Shown here piece by piece: positions 47,646 through 56,781 of a stretch of DNA of 64,000 bases. The position numbers and the translations under genes were made by a program. Within the stretch, counting starts at the first letter, position 1; the number at the start of each line of letters is the position of its first letter. The notes beneath the pieces are model-generated. The model was not told the DNA's origin and searched no databases. It saw only the letters and a list, made by a program, of their open reading frames with translations. The DNA is from a virus. The stretch covers positions 73,268-137,267 of the IMG/VR virus record IMGVR_UViG_3300023235_000012, one strand, 5' to 3'.

Positions 47646-49172
47646 TTATCCCTTAATTTCGTCTGAATCGGTTCCGGCAGAACGCAGGCGTTGATATGCT
47701 TCACCTTCTTTACCATAATAGATAAAGAGGATTTTTTGAAGAACTTTTTCTGGAAGTTTCGTCTCTGGAAACTTCTGACTGAATCTGTCTAGCGCGGCGA
47801 CTTTGATGTCTTTGTCAATTTCCCAACGATCTCTTTCTAGAGCTTGTGCTACTTTATATTTGTTTATTTCATCTGGACTTGAAAGCTGCAAAGCTTCTTC
47901 TGGTCGGAATCCCCAGAGTCTGCGAATAAATTCATCTCTTAAATCTTTAACAGACTGAGGATCGTCTCGATATTCTTCAACCAAATCCAACAGACCAACA
48001 AAAGATCTGAATTGTTTTATCTCCTGAGTAGATGGTTGGGATCCAAATAATTTTTCGAACATTTCTACTGGACGATTGATATATCCAGAAGTAGCAGGAT
48101 CCATTGCTTTGTAGGTCTTTTTGCCACCTACTGTAAAATGTGACCCATCAGGAAGTTTTTGTGCTTGCATTTTGTTACGTAAGCCATAAAGAACAGAGAA
48201 GGTTAATTCGCTGACGTCTTTCCCTTCTGCTGCTTTTGGAATTTTTGGAATTGATTTTTTGATTTCTTTCTCTAACTCGGTCTTTTTCTTTTTAAGATCC
48301 TTCAATTCTTTGCTTATCTCTTTTACCTTACCTTTAATTTCTGGTTCGGGTTTTATCTTGTTATCAATAACAAATTTCTCTTTTTCTTCAAAGTCAGTCG
48401 AAATTTCTTCAAGCTCTTTGGCTAATGCTTCTACTTTCTTTGGATCGACAACGGTTGAAGCTGGAGTTAATTCTACCGAGTCTTTCACCTTTCCTAGAAC
48501 ATTAGCAACCGACTGTAATAGGAATTTATGAAATACTCCTTTAATACCTGATTCAATATCTGCCCAATCACTTGAGTGACTAAATTTTGCCCATTCACTC
48601 GGTTTATTGTCTTCGAATTCACTTGCCTCAAAATCAACCTGTCCAAGGACAGTTCCTCTTTCGTCAGTGTAATCAAATACTGCATTGATTTGTTCACCAA
48701 TAGCAGAGGCTGCTTTCTTATTGTTACCTACATAGATCACTTTATCAGTTATGTTTTTTCCTTCAATTCCTTTTAGAAAATCCCAAAGATCGTTAATAAC
48801 ATCTTTTGGTACAGAAACATCAATGTCGCCTACCTTAGGCTTGTGTTTAACATAAAGTTTATCTTCTATGTCAGGATCAAAGAAGCTTTCAGATGAGCCG
48901 TTGAAAGCATGTCCAGAAGTGATAACTCTGAAGTCCGCCCAAATTGGTGTACCTGTCTGCTTTTCAAAGGCTTTGTTTAAATTATCAAACGCCGCTACGA
49001 AAGCGTCACGGACGTTAGAGCGGCCATGCTTCGTCAAGTCCATTTTTTGCGCGTATGCTGGCTCACCTTTCCAGAGCATAATATTTCCATCACTATCAAT
49101 TGCTCTGGAGTTGCCACCTTCAAACATCTTTTCTTTTTTCGGTTCAATTTTGAAGAGTTCATATAATCGCAT
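47646..49172 (-). CDS. Pol-beta superfamily nucleotidyltransferase
   Basis: NGSS…VGDIDV…QVDFE…IKGVFHK. Confidence 0.7.
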   Translation of the reverse strand: MRLYELFKIEPKKEKMFEGGNSRAIDSDGNIMLWKGEPAYAQKMDLTKHGRSNVRDAFVAAFDNLNKAFEKQTGTPIWADFRVITSGHAFNGSSESFFDPDIEDKLYVKHKPKVGDIDVSVPKDVINDLWDFLKGIEGKNITDKVIYVGNNKKAASAIGEQINAVFDYTDERGTVLGQVDFEASEFEDNKPSEWAKFSHSSDWADIESGIKGVFHKFLLQSVANVLGKVKDSVELTPASTVVDPKKVEALAKELEEISTDFEEKEKFVIDNKIKPEPEIKGKVKEISKELKDLKKKKTELEKEIKKSIPKIPKAAEGKDVSELTFSVLYGLRNKMQAQKLPDGSHFTVGGKKTYKAMDPATSGYINRPVEMFEKLFGSQPSTQEIKQFRSFVGLLDLVEEYRDDPQSVKDLRDEFIRRLWGFRPEEALQLSSPDEINKYKVAQALERDRWEIDKDIKVAALDRFSQKFPETKLPEKVLQKILFIYYGKEGEAYQRLRSAGTDSDEIKG

Positions 49173-49200
49173 TTCAATCCCCCATCCTTTCTTTTATTTA

Positions 49201-49971
49201 TTAGGAATTAAATCCTTCTGTAAAAGAAAGGGCCGATTTCAATTCTTGTGGTGCCACAATATTAATCACTTGTTTCAGACAAGGATCTTGAAAAAGATTT
49301 GGGAGTGCGAGAGTTTGTGCGAATTTCAAAGTTTCTGCTACGATTTTAGAAAGTTCAGATAATTCTCTGGCTATCGTCTCAGTTATTTCATTAACCGCGT
49401 TAGCGATAGCGGCGACCGCTGGTCCGATGACTGAAGCAATCGCAGCAACAACAGCAGTGATTCCTTCTCCTATTTTTTCAATGATAAGTGCCACTGCATC
49501 GAAAACTGTTGTCACTATTGGCTCTAATGCACCAGTCACTGAACCAAATAATCCACTTATCGCATCACATGGATTTGTCGGCGCTATACCTAAAGTCTCT
49601 TGCCTTGTCTTTTCCATTGATGAAAAGCTCATGTTCTTCACTAAATTGGCGGAACCCATCGATCCTGCTTTTCCAGAATCTGCGCCTTGGATACCAACCA
49701 TATGAGTCTGTAACGATAACAAACCACCTTGAGCGTCATCTAATTGTTGAGCAGTGTCACTAAAAAATTCTGGATCTACACCTACGTCAATCAATTCCTG
49801 TGGATCATGTAACACGTCATCGGGATTATTCCAACTGGCAAAGTAATCTTTTGCTAAAGTTAAGCTCGACATCGAGTCTGCCAACGTTTTCATTCCTATA
49901 GGTTGGAAACCTTGAGAATGAAGAACATTGTGAATATCAGGAATGTTACTCGGTGATGTAATTGCAACCAT
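49201..49971 (-). CDS. hypothetical late (baseplate-associated) protein
   Basis: 256 aa in the PAAR operon. Confidence 0.6.
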   Translation of the reverse strand: MVAITSPSNIPDIHNVLHSQGFQPIGMKTLADSMSSLTLAKDYFASWNNPDDVLHDPQELIDVGVDPEFFSDTAQQLDDAQGGLLSLQTHMVGIQGADSGKAGSMGSANLVKNMSFSSMEKTRQETLGIAPTNPCDAISGLFGSVTGALEPIVTTVFDAVALIIEKIGEGITAVVAAIASVIGPAVAAIANAVNEITETIARELSELSKIVAETLKFAQTLALPNLFQDPCLKQVINIVAPQELKSALSFTEGFNS

Positions 49972-49979
49972 TTTCTACC

Positions 49980-50702
49980 TCAGGCATAATGTAATGTAAG
50001 ACCGCCACTATAATCGTTATTGATCATCGTCAAGACTTGTCTTCGTTGTGATCCGCTAGCTCCGTTGAAACTGACATGAAGCCAGATGTTATTTCCGTGT
50101 TCAAGAATAAACTGATCAAACAGGAGGTTATCTCGACAAAAATTTGCTCTTCTCAAATATTCTTGATTTGAGATCCCAGGCCATTGAACGTCCGCTGCCA
50201 TTCCTCTTTCATGTTGACTTTTACCACCTGTTCCAGTTCTGAATCCAGAGTTAATCCTGAATCCTGGAAAAGCAGACCACAATGGCTCTAAGCAATTTTC
50301 ACATAAAGACTTTAGATTACATATCATTTCAAGATCGGTGAAACCATGCTGTGCTTGAATTGAATGAGAGAAGAATGCCCCAAGTGATAGATCTCTGACA
50401 GTGAAATTTCGAGATAACGAAAAACTATAATCAACTTCCGTAAAATCACCACAAGAAGTAATCTCTGGTGAGATTGAAGATGTAGGCTCAGTTAGATCCG
50501 TCGGGCCAGAACTCGTAGTTGGTGGGTTATTCAATGGATACGATTCAGGAATCTGGTCTTTGGTAACCTCTTCATCAAATGGTGCTTCTCTTCCTGCGAC
50601 GGAAATCAGCTTTGCTGCTGCTTGTGGAGAGTAACTATTGATAACTCCTACTGGAATATTTCCAGTATATGATGTCGATGAACAAGATGGATTGATTGAC
50701 AT
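49980..50702 (-). CDS. peptidase M15A-domain protein
   Basis: INSGFR, SQHERGMAAD, WLHVS; likely start MSINP. Confidence 0.8.
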   Translation of the reverse strand: MSINPSCSSTSYTGNIPVGVINSYSPQAAAKLISVAGREAPFDEEVTKDQIPESYPLNNPPTTSSGPTDLTEPTSSISPEITSCGDFTEVDYSFSLSRNFTVRDLSLGAFFSHSIQAQHGFTDLEMICNLKSLCENCLEPLWSAFPGFRINSGFRTGTGGKSQHERGMAADVQWPGISNQEYLRRANFCRDNLLFDQFILEHGNNIWLHVSFNGASGSQRRQVLTMINNDYSGGLTLHYA

Positions 50703-50703
50703 T

Positions 50704-50988
50704 TTACCCCGCGAAGACGTTTCCTGATCCTGTTGCGCAGAATGACCCGCATGCAATAGGATCGCCTATTCTAGCTAATTGAAGACCGTTTACCATAACG
50801 ATAGGCGATCCTGCCGCCAGATTTGAGTCATGACACGGAGGTGGACAGCAATGGGTCACCCAGTGATCTCCTAGTCGGTGTGCTGGGATTCCATTGACAA
50901 AAACATTCGAAGATCCTTGGTCGTTTGGGCGTGGTGGCCAACAATCGTGGCCGCTGCAAATATCTCCTAGTCTGACTACTGCTGGAAT
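50704..50988 (-). CDS. PAAR spike-tip protein (gp5.4-like) with ATT start
   Basis: Absent from the track; 94 aa (I)PAVVRLGDICSGH…VFVNGIPAHRLGD…ARIGDPIACGS…VFAG; SD AGGAGG. Confidence 0.9.
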   Translation of the reverse strand: MPAVVRLGDICSGHDCWPPRPNDQGSSNVFVNGIPAHRLGDHWVTHCCPPPCHDSNLAAGSPIVMVNGLQLARIGDPIACGSFCATGSGNVFAG

Positions 50989-51035
50989 GATACACCTCCT
51001 TAATAGATATATTTATTATTCCAGCATAGAGGATA

Positions 51036-51593
51036 TTAGTAGAAAAGAGCTTTTGGCTTTGCTCTGCCCCAGAACTCATCTTCTGTTTTTTCAAATTCCC
51101 ACCAATTTGGAAGCCTCTTCATTTTTAATGGAATTCGCCTTGGAGTGCCGTCAATATTGAATGGGATTTCGATATTTGAAGTCAAGGCGACTTTCTGGTG
51201 TTCCTTTTCAGGAATATAAAAGAAATAGTTTTCTCTAGTCATTGGCTCTAATACCAAAGATACAATATCACCTTCTTTTCGGTGACTTCCGGCTTTACTT
51301 CGCGGTTCGATGTTTACACCGTAAGACTTCCCATAAGAATTAAATCTTGGTGTTCTAAGTTTTGCTTCTATTTTTCTACCAGTCTTCCGACAGATCAGAT
51401 CATGTGTTGGTGCTTTGACCATTTCCAGATCATGAATTTTGGAATAGATGTATTCAAATAATGTTGACGTGTCAACTAATCCGCGCGACGTAAACTTTTT
51501 GAGAGATTCCACCTCATACGGAGAAAATATTTCTGATAGGTAAGAGATAAGGTACGCTACTTGATTAATTTCGATTGTTGTGTGTTGTCCCAT
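51036..51593 (-). CDS. hypothetical protein, possible restriction-endonuclease fold
   Basis: E…HDL…IEAK; likely start MGQHTT. Confidence 0.5.
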   Translation of the reverse strand: MGQHTTIEINQVAYLISYLSEIFSPYEVESLKKFTSRGLVDTSTLFEYIYSKIHDLEMVKAPTHDLICRKTGRKIEAKLRTPRFNSYGKSYGVNIEPRSKAGSHRKEGDIVSLVLEPMTRENYFFYIPEKEHQKVALTSNIEIPFNIDGTPRRIPLKMKRLPNWWEFEKTEDEFWGRAKPKALFY

Positions 51594-51682
51594 TTTTACA
51601 TTTCTTTCTTTGTTTCTTTGTTTCTTTGTTTGTCTGTTGAATTTAATATACAACAACCAGAAAAGAAATCAAAAAGAAAATT

Positions 51683-51939
51683 AAAAGAATTTTGAAAGAT
51701 CAACCACATAGAGACCAACCACATCAGCCTTTTCAATTCTTCAACAGCTAGTTCTTTGGATGGGGAGGATCTCCATCAATATTGATATGACAGTCAGAAG
51801 TTGCTACTAATCGAAAAACACCAGAGCTATCAACTCCAGCACTAGCTGTAGTAGTTGCACCAATTGCTACGATCATTGTTGTTCCTGGTGTTAGAACACT
51901 GATTGGGACTAATCTATCATCTCTTGGAAATTCAGCCAT
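51683..51939 (-). pseudogene. truncated late gene joined to a remnant paralog of 52008-52277
   Basis: After GDPP, another frame reads PSKELAVEELK/ADVVGLYVVDLSKFF*. Confidence 0.5.
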
Positions 51940-52007
51940 AATAACTCCTTTTGTCTTTGTTCATACTATTTATGGATTTCACCATAGACTCAAAGACTCG
52001 AAGATCG

Positions 52008-52277
52008 TCAGATAAATTTCAAAAGGTCTTTCACATACAAACCAATGACACCAATTTTTTTAAGCTGATTTACTGATAATTCTTTAGATGGCATTGGTTC
52101 ACCAACTATAAACCGACGACGCCATTTAATGTGTTTGTTAAGAGCTTGTTCAGGGGATTCACCTGCATTAGGTTGTACCATTTCCAGGGTTGGATCTGAT
52201 ACATCATTACAAACCCAACGTAGGTTCTTATCGGTCTTGTTTATTCTAGCTTGAGCTCTGCGCTGTTGTCTGTTCAT
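52008..52277 (-). CDS. hypothetical protein
   Basis: 89 aa starting MNRQQRR. Confidence 0.6.
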   Translation of the reverse strand: MNRQQRRAQARINKTDKNLRWVCNDVSDPTLEMVQPNAGESPEQALNKHIKWRRRFIVGEPMPSKELSVNQLKKIGVIGLYVKDLLKFI

Positions 52278-52474
52278 TATTTCTATCCATTTTCGCTTGA
52301 CATTTTATCTTTTTATGTTATACTACACTTAACAGTAAGGAGTAAGTAAATGTTTGTTTTGATCGGTGAAGGTTACAATGTTGTTCAAAAAAGAATTGGT
52401 GATTCTTTTGAAAACGTATCTTTTCTTCTGTGCGGCGGATATTTTAGCAATCACTTCTAGAGTGTTCTTCTTGT

Positions 52475-54358
52475 TTACTGTTTCCAGAGCCATTTTTTCT
52501 TTCCACAATCATATATCCTATGATAACCTAATTTAACCATCATCTCTTTCTCAGTTCCCTCATCAATTCCAAACTTTTTCTTGATCTCTTTTTTCGAAAA
52601 GCGCATTGGATGAAACCGATCTAGGAAATTAGGAGAAACATAATAATGTCCAAAATCACTTTCAGACTGTAATTTAAATCCTAATTTTTCATACATTTCA
52701 CCAGAGAACCATCGATTATCTGAATATGAAACTATTTGTTCTGGACAATGGGATCTAATAAAAAATTTGAACATCTTATCGGCAAGTCCTGGAAAATTTC
52801 TACCATCAGTACAGAATCTCTTCAATTCACATTTTGCACCATTCTGTCTAATTGACTTACCAAAAATCATCACTCCTATTAATTCATTATTAAGATAAGC
52901 TCCAATATTAGTTCCTCCAAAAGGGGAACTTCCCTGGATATGATAATTATTCAGGAAATTTCTAACAGTCTCGAACGGAATCTCATTTAATATTGTTTTT
53001 CTTGCACCGATTGTTTCTGTAGATAATCTTAAAAAATTTCCAATTATCCCAAAAACGATATCAGGATTTTTTGTAAATTCATCTTCAAAAATAGTAAGTA
53101 ATCGAATTCCTTTGTTTTTACAAAGATCATATTTCTTTCGATGATAATCTTTTGCTTGTATTCGAGCATCAGAATGCCAATATAAACCACAGAATTCAAT
53201 TGCTAGATTATATTCGGGCATAAAGATATCTATTTCTAACGGAGGGATAATATTTCTCTTATTGAATAATGCTTGAATTTGATTTTCTTCAAGGAATCTA
53301 GAAATTAAAATTTCTGGTACTGATCTAAAACCGGGCATATATTGTGAATCATAGTCAATCGCATATCTTCTTACTGTTTCATGATGAATATTTAGATCAA
53401 GCGCTGCTTCTCCTAATGTCTTTTTTAACAAAAAATTATTGAATAGATCTTTATCTCTTAAAATCAATCTAGTTTTTTTTTCAATCACTAATTCATTAGC
53501 ACTTCTAACCTCATTTTCTTTTAAAAATTCTTTAAACTCTTCTGATTGAAAATAAGATTCTACTCCATATTTTTTAAAAATAGCCTTCTTGGCTTTGATT
53601 AATATTTCTTTAGATTGAAACGGATATCTAACTCCAGTTGATTCTTCTAATGAATCTCTCGTGCTTTTTCGAATATCTTCATTCTGTAAAGCAAAATCTA
53701 CTCCATATTTTTCATTCATAGCTTTTTTGTGAGCTAGTCTTGCTTTTTCAGTATTAAACCCCAATATTCCATCATGATTTTTTCGATTTGTGTGTAACAT
53801 CTTTTCAAGTATATCATCATTCTGTGAAGGAAAATCTACTCCATATTTCTTTTGATTAGTCTGTTTTCTCTTTTTCACGACGACTGGATTATTTGATGGA
53901 TTTTTAAAACCTGTCCTTTTTTCGTATGTTTTAGAGCGTTGAATGATTGATTCTTCAGAATGTCCGGCCGACTGAGCTTTTCTTAATTCATCTTTTTCAG
54001 CCTCGGACATTTTTTCAAATCTAGCACGAGTTCCTTCAGATATTTTCTCCCGTAAAACTGGATCTTTGTTTCTTTCACTACGAAGAATCGACTGTCTTTG
54101 CATGTTACATTCACATATCTTCCCTTTACCACAAGAATTAGAAAATCCTTTAGACCAAGATATAAATCTCTTCTTACGATTCGATATTTCACATATTGGA
54201 TCGAATGTGTTAAGATGGCACCAAAATGCTTCGGTTATTGATTTAGCGTGTGGGAAATGTTCGTGAAGAAACAATAACAATTCTGCATTTTCTGGTTTCT
54301 TTAATCTCTGTCCAATAAGCTTCTCTGGACCGATCAAAATTTTCTCGAAATTTCTCAT
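52475..54358 (-). CDS. Hef-like homing endonuclease (KYGV repeats, Vsr/DUF559 nuclease, GNAT/Mom-like C-terminus)
   Basis: repeated KKYGVDFPSQ; EIDIFMPEYNLAIEFCGLYWHS; LKRFC…VSYSDNRW…YEKLGF. Confidence 0.75.
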   Translation of the reverse strand: MRNFEKILIGPEKLIGQRLKKPENAELLLFLHEHFPHAKSITEAFWCHLNTFDPICEISNRKKRFISWSKGFSNSCGKGKICECNMQRQSILRSERNKDPVLREKISEGTRARFEKMSEAEKDELRKAQSAGHSEESIIQRSKTYEKRTGFKNPSNNPVVVKKRKQTNQKKYGVDFPSQNDDILEKMLHTNRKNHDGILGFNTEKARLAHKKAMNEKYGVDFALQNEDIRKSTRDSLEESTGVRYPFQSKEILIKAKKAIFKKYGVESYFQSEEFKEFLKENEVRSANELVIEKKTRLILRDKDLFNNFLLKKTLGEAALDLNIHHETVRRYAIDYDSQYMPGFRSVPEILISRFLEENQIQALFNKRNIIPPLEIDIFMPEYNLAIEFCGLYWHSDARIQAKDYHRKKYDLCKNKGIRLLTIFEDEFTKNPDIVFGIIGNFLRLSTETIGARKTILNEIPFETVRNFLNNYHIQGSSPFGGTNIGAYLNNELIGVMIFGKSIRQNGAKCELKRFCTDGRNFPGLADKMFKFFIRSHCPEQIVSYSDNRWFSGEMYEKLGFKLQSESDFGHYYVSPNFLDRFHPMRFSKKEIKKKFGIDEGTEKEMMVKLGYHRIYDCGKKKWLWKQ

Positions 54359-54406
54359 TAATAATGATACTATTAATCCAGTGTTTATATCAATATTATT
54401 AATAAA

Positions 54407-54435
54407 GAAAAACCGGGGACAAGCCCCGGTTTTTC
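54407..54435. terminator. intrinsic terminator after the major capsid gene
   Basis: GAAAAACCGGGG-acaag-CCCCGGTTTTTC. Confidence 0.9.
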
Positions 54436-54458
54436 AAATTGTTTCCTTCTGTTTCTTC

Positions 54459-55637
54459 TTAGAAGAAGCGTAGATTAGAAACCGCAACCTTACCTAGGTA
54501 GTCAGCCGCATTACCAAGCGATGAAGCCTGATCCTTTAGTTCCAAATAACCGTAACGTGTTAAGAAGGTCGTAACCATCTCACCAGTATTCGGATCCATA
54601 ACTGAACCTGAACTCATTAGAGGGATATAAGGACAGTAGAATGCAGCTGCATCTGACTCTGATGGTCCTTTGTAACCAATAAGAACGTCAACGTTGTCAC
54701 CAGCATAAGTGTCGGTGTAAACGCGCATGGTACCATTAAGAGTACCAATGAACTTGGTGTTGGTTGGAGCTTCAAACGTGCCTTCTGTTGTACGTGCGAA
54801 AGCGGAAGCACCTGCGGACTGTAGAACAGTAACGACTAGTGGATTGACAACGCACCAGTTACCTGCGCCACGACGTGTACGCTGGGAGATACGGTTAGCC
54901 TGTTGGTTGATCTGGACAGCTAATGCTGCGTGTTCATCAACCACTGAAGTAGCAACACCTGAGACAGCGGACTGGTCAAATGTAACCGTTGCTGTACCAG
55001 CTAGCGTACGTAGATTGTCAAGGATCTCTTGATCGATCTCTGCAGTGATTTCCTGTGCCAGAACGGCCATCAATTCTGCTTCGATGTCGATACCATGCTG
55101 TGCCTGTGCGTCTTGCATTGCTTCGACGGTCCAGGTAGCTGATAGTCTACGGGATTCTGCCTCAACAGTTTCCTTTAGAACACGAATGTTCATCTTGTTA
55201 CCCATACGACCTTCAAGAGCAGATGTATTTGCAGAACTGGCCGCTGCTGGATTTTCATTACCGGAATAATGACGTTCGATGTTGAATGGGCTTAGTGCTT
55301 CATCACCAGCAACCGCGCCGGTTCCTGCTGCTGGAACAGTATCAGAATATTGCATACGAATAGTATGAATCTGACCAACTGGTCCAGTCATTGGTTGAAC
55401 ACCAATAATTTCGTTAGCGATAACTGTTGGCATCACACGACGGATAACAGGCAAGATAACCTTATTAAGCGCTGCAACATTACCCGCAGTAGTTGCACCA
55501 GCGGATGCAGCTTCTGCAAGCCATTTGCGTTGGTTTTCAAGAACAAGTCCAAGAGAATCTTTACGCTGGCCAGTTAGACCCTCGGTTAGCTTTTCTTTGA
55601 CTACGCTCCACTTCTTATTTTCTAGTAGCATACTCAT
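54459..55637 (-). CDS. major capsid protein (gp23-like)
   Basis: GVQPMTGP, SRRLSATWT, EITAEIDQE, TRRGAGN, FYCPYIPL, TRYG. Confidence 0.97.
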   Translation of the reverse strand: MSMLLENKKWSVVKEKLTEGLTGQRKDSLGLVLENQRKWLAEAASAGATTAGNVAALNKVILPVIRRVMPTVIANEIIGVQPMTGPVGQIHTIRMQYSDTVPAAGTGAVAGDEALSPFNIERHYSGNENPAAASSANTSALEGRMGNKMNIRVLKETVEAESRRLSATWTVEAMQDAQAQHGIDIEAELMAVLAQEITAEIDQEILDNLRTLAGTATVTFDQSAVSGVATSVVDEHAALAVQINQQANRISQRTRRGAGNWCVVNPLVVTVLQSAGASAFARTTEGTFEAPTNTKFIGTLNGTMRVYTDTYAGDNVDVLIGYKGPSESDAAAFYCPYIPLMSSGSVMDPNTGEMVTTFLTRYGYLELKDQASSLGNAADYLGKVAVSNLRFF

Positions 55638-55655
55638 TTTTTTTCTCCTTTTAGC

Positions 55656-56771
55656 TTAGGAACGAGTTCCCAATAATACAATGCGATCAATTTCATCATC
55701 AGCTTCTGCAACGTCATTTGATGTGTTTTCACTAATAATTTTCTCGGTTCGGTCGCCAGTGACAACCTTTCGTGCTGCCTTCGATTTTGATTCGTTAATA
55801 GTCTTCTTCTGTCTAGTAACGTTATCTTCTTTCAAAACCATTGGCAAATATTTCTTGATTGATTCATCTAACTTTTCAGTTTGGACGTCCTCAAGAAGTT
55901 CTATCATAACGCTTCTTTTTTCACGCGGTAGATGACCGAGAGAAGAATTGATCTTGCTCTCTCGGATGACACGGTCACGAGCAATCTTTGTTGCCTTTTT
56001 AGCAACAGTGATTTCCGTTTCCTTTTTCTCAAGAGCTGCCTGGGCTTCCTCGAGTCTTTGCTCGCGCTCAGCAATTGCCTCGTGTAATTGCTTCATGTTT
56101 GCATCTTCGTTATAGTGATAGGCGCGGAACTCTTCAGCCATTGCTTCGAACAGCTTCTGACCGAACCTAATCTGTCGTGCTTCATTAATTTCCTTGTGGA
56201 ACTCTCTGAATTCACGTTTGGTTGCTTCACCGATCCAATTTGCAGCCTTAATGGATGCCATTTTAACGAAATCGGTTTTTGCTTCTGCAATTTTCTTACG
56301 ACCTTCGGATAGGATTTTAACACGTGCTTCAGCAAGTGCTTTGGTCTCATCTCGAAACTCTGTAAGTTCTTTGTCTGTCTGACGTAAGAAAAACTCTTTG
56401 AAAAGTTTCATGTTCTTTTCAAGAGCCTTACGATCTTCATTCAATTCAGTCATTTCTGTGCCTAGTTTTCTTAGAGCAAATTCAGTAAACTTCTGAACGG
56501 TCTCTTTCATCTTTACTCGGTCTTTAGCAAGAGCTTTACGCTCTACCTGAAGTGACTCAACTTCTTCAGCAATGACGTCATTCATCATTTCGTTCATTGC
56601 AGTTACGGTTTGATCGCGGTCATTTTCGTATTTGGCCGCAAGTTCTTCGCGAAGATCGGCAGCAATTTCTTCACGGGCTTCACTAAGTTGTGACTCCCAT
56701 GTTTCAAGGATGGTTTCTTGTACTTCTTTTGGAAGTCCACCCTCTTTTAGTTTTTGTTTTAGATCTGCCAT
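55656..56771 (-). CDS. prohead scaffold (gp22-like)
   Basis: coiled coil between the protease and capsid genes. Confidence 0.8.
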   Translation of the reverse strand: MADLKQKLKEGGLPKEVQETILETWESQLSEAREEIAADLREELAAKYENDRDQTVTAMNEMMNDVIAEEVESLQVERKALAKDRVKMKETVQKFTEFALRKLGTEMTELNEDRKALEKNMKLFKEFFLRQTDKELTEFRDETKALAEARVKILSEGRKKIAEAKTDFVKMASIKAANWIGEATKREFREFHKEINEARQIRFGQKLFEAMAEEFRAYHYNEDANMKQLHEAIAEREQRLEEAQAALEKKETEITVAKKATKIARDRVIRESKINSSLGHLPREKRSVMIELLEDVQTEKLDESIKKYLPMVLKEDNVTRQKKTINESKSKAARKVVTGDRTEKIISENTSNDVAEADDEIDRIVLLGTRS

Positions 56772-56781
56772 TTAAGGTCTC

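Noticed and set aside
50828-51160. Track ORFs at 50828 and 50894
   Set aside because: Alternative frames over the PAAR gene.
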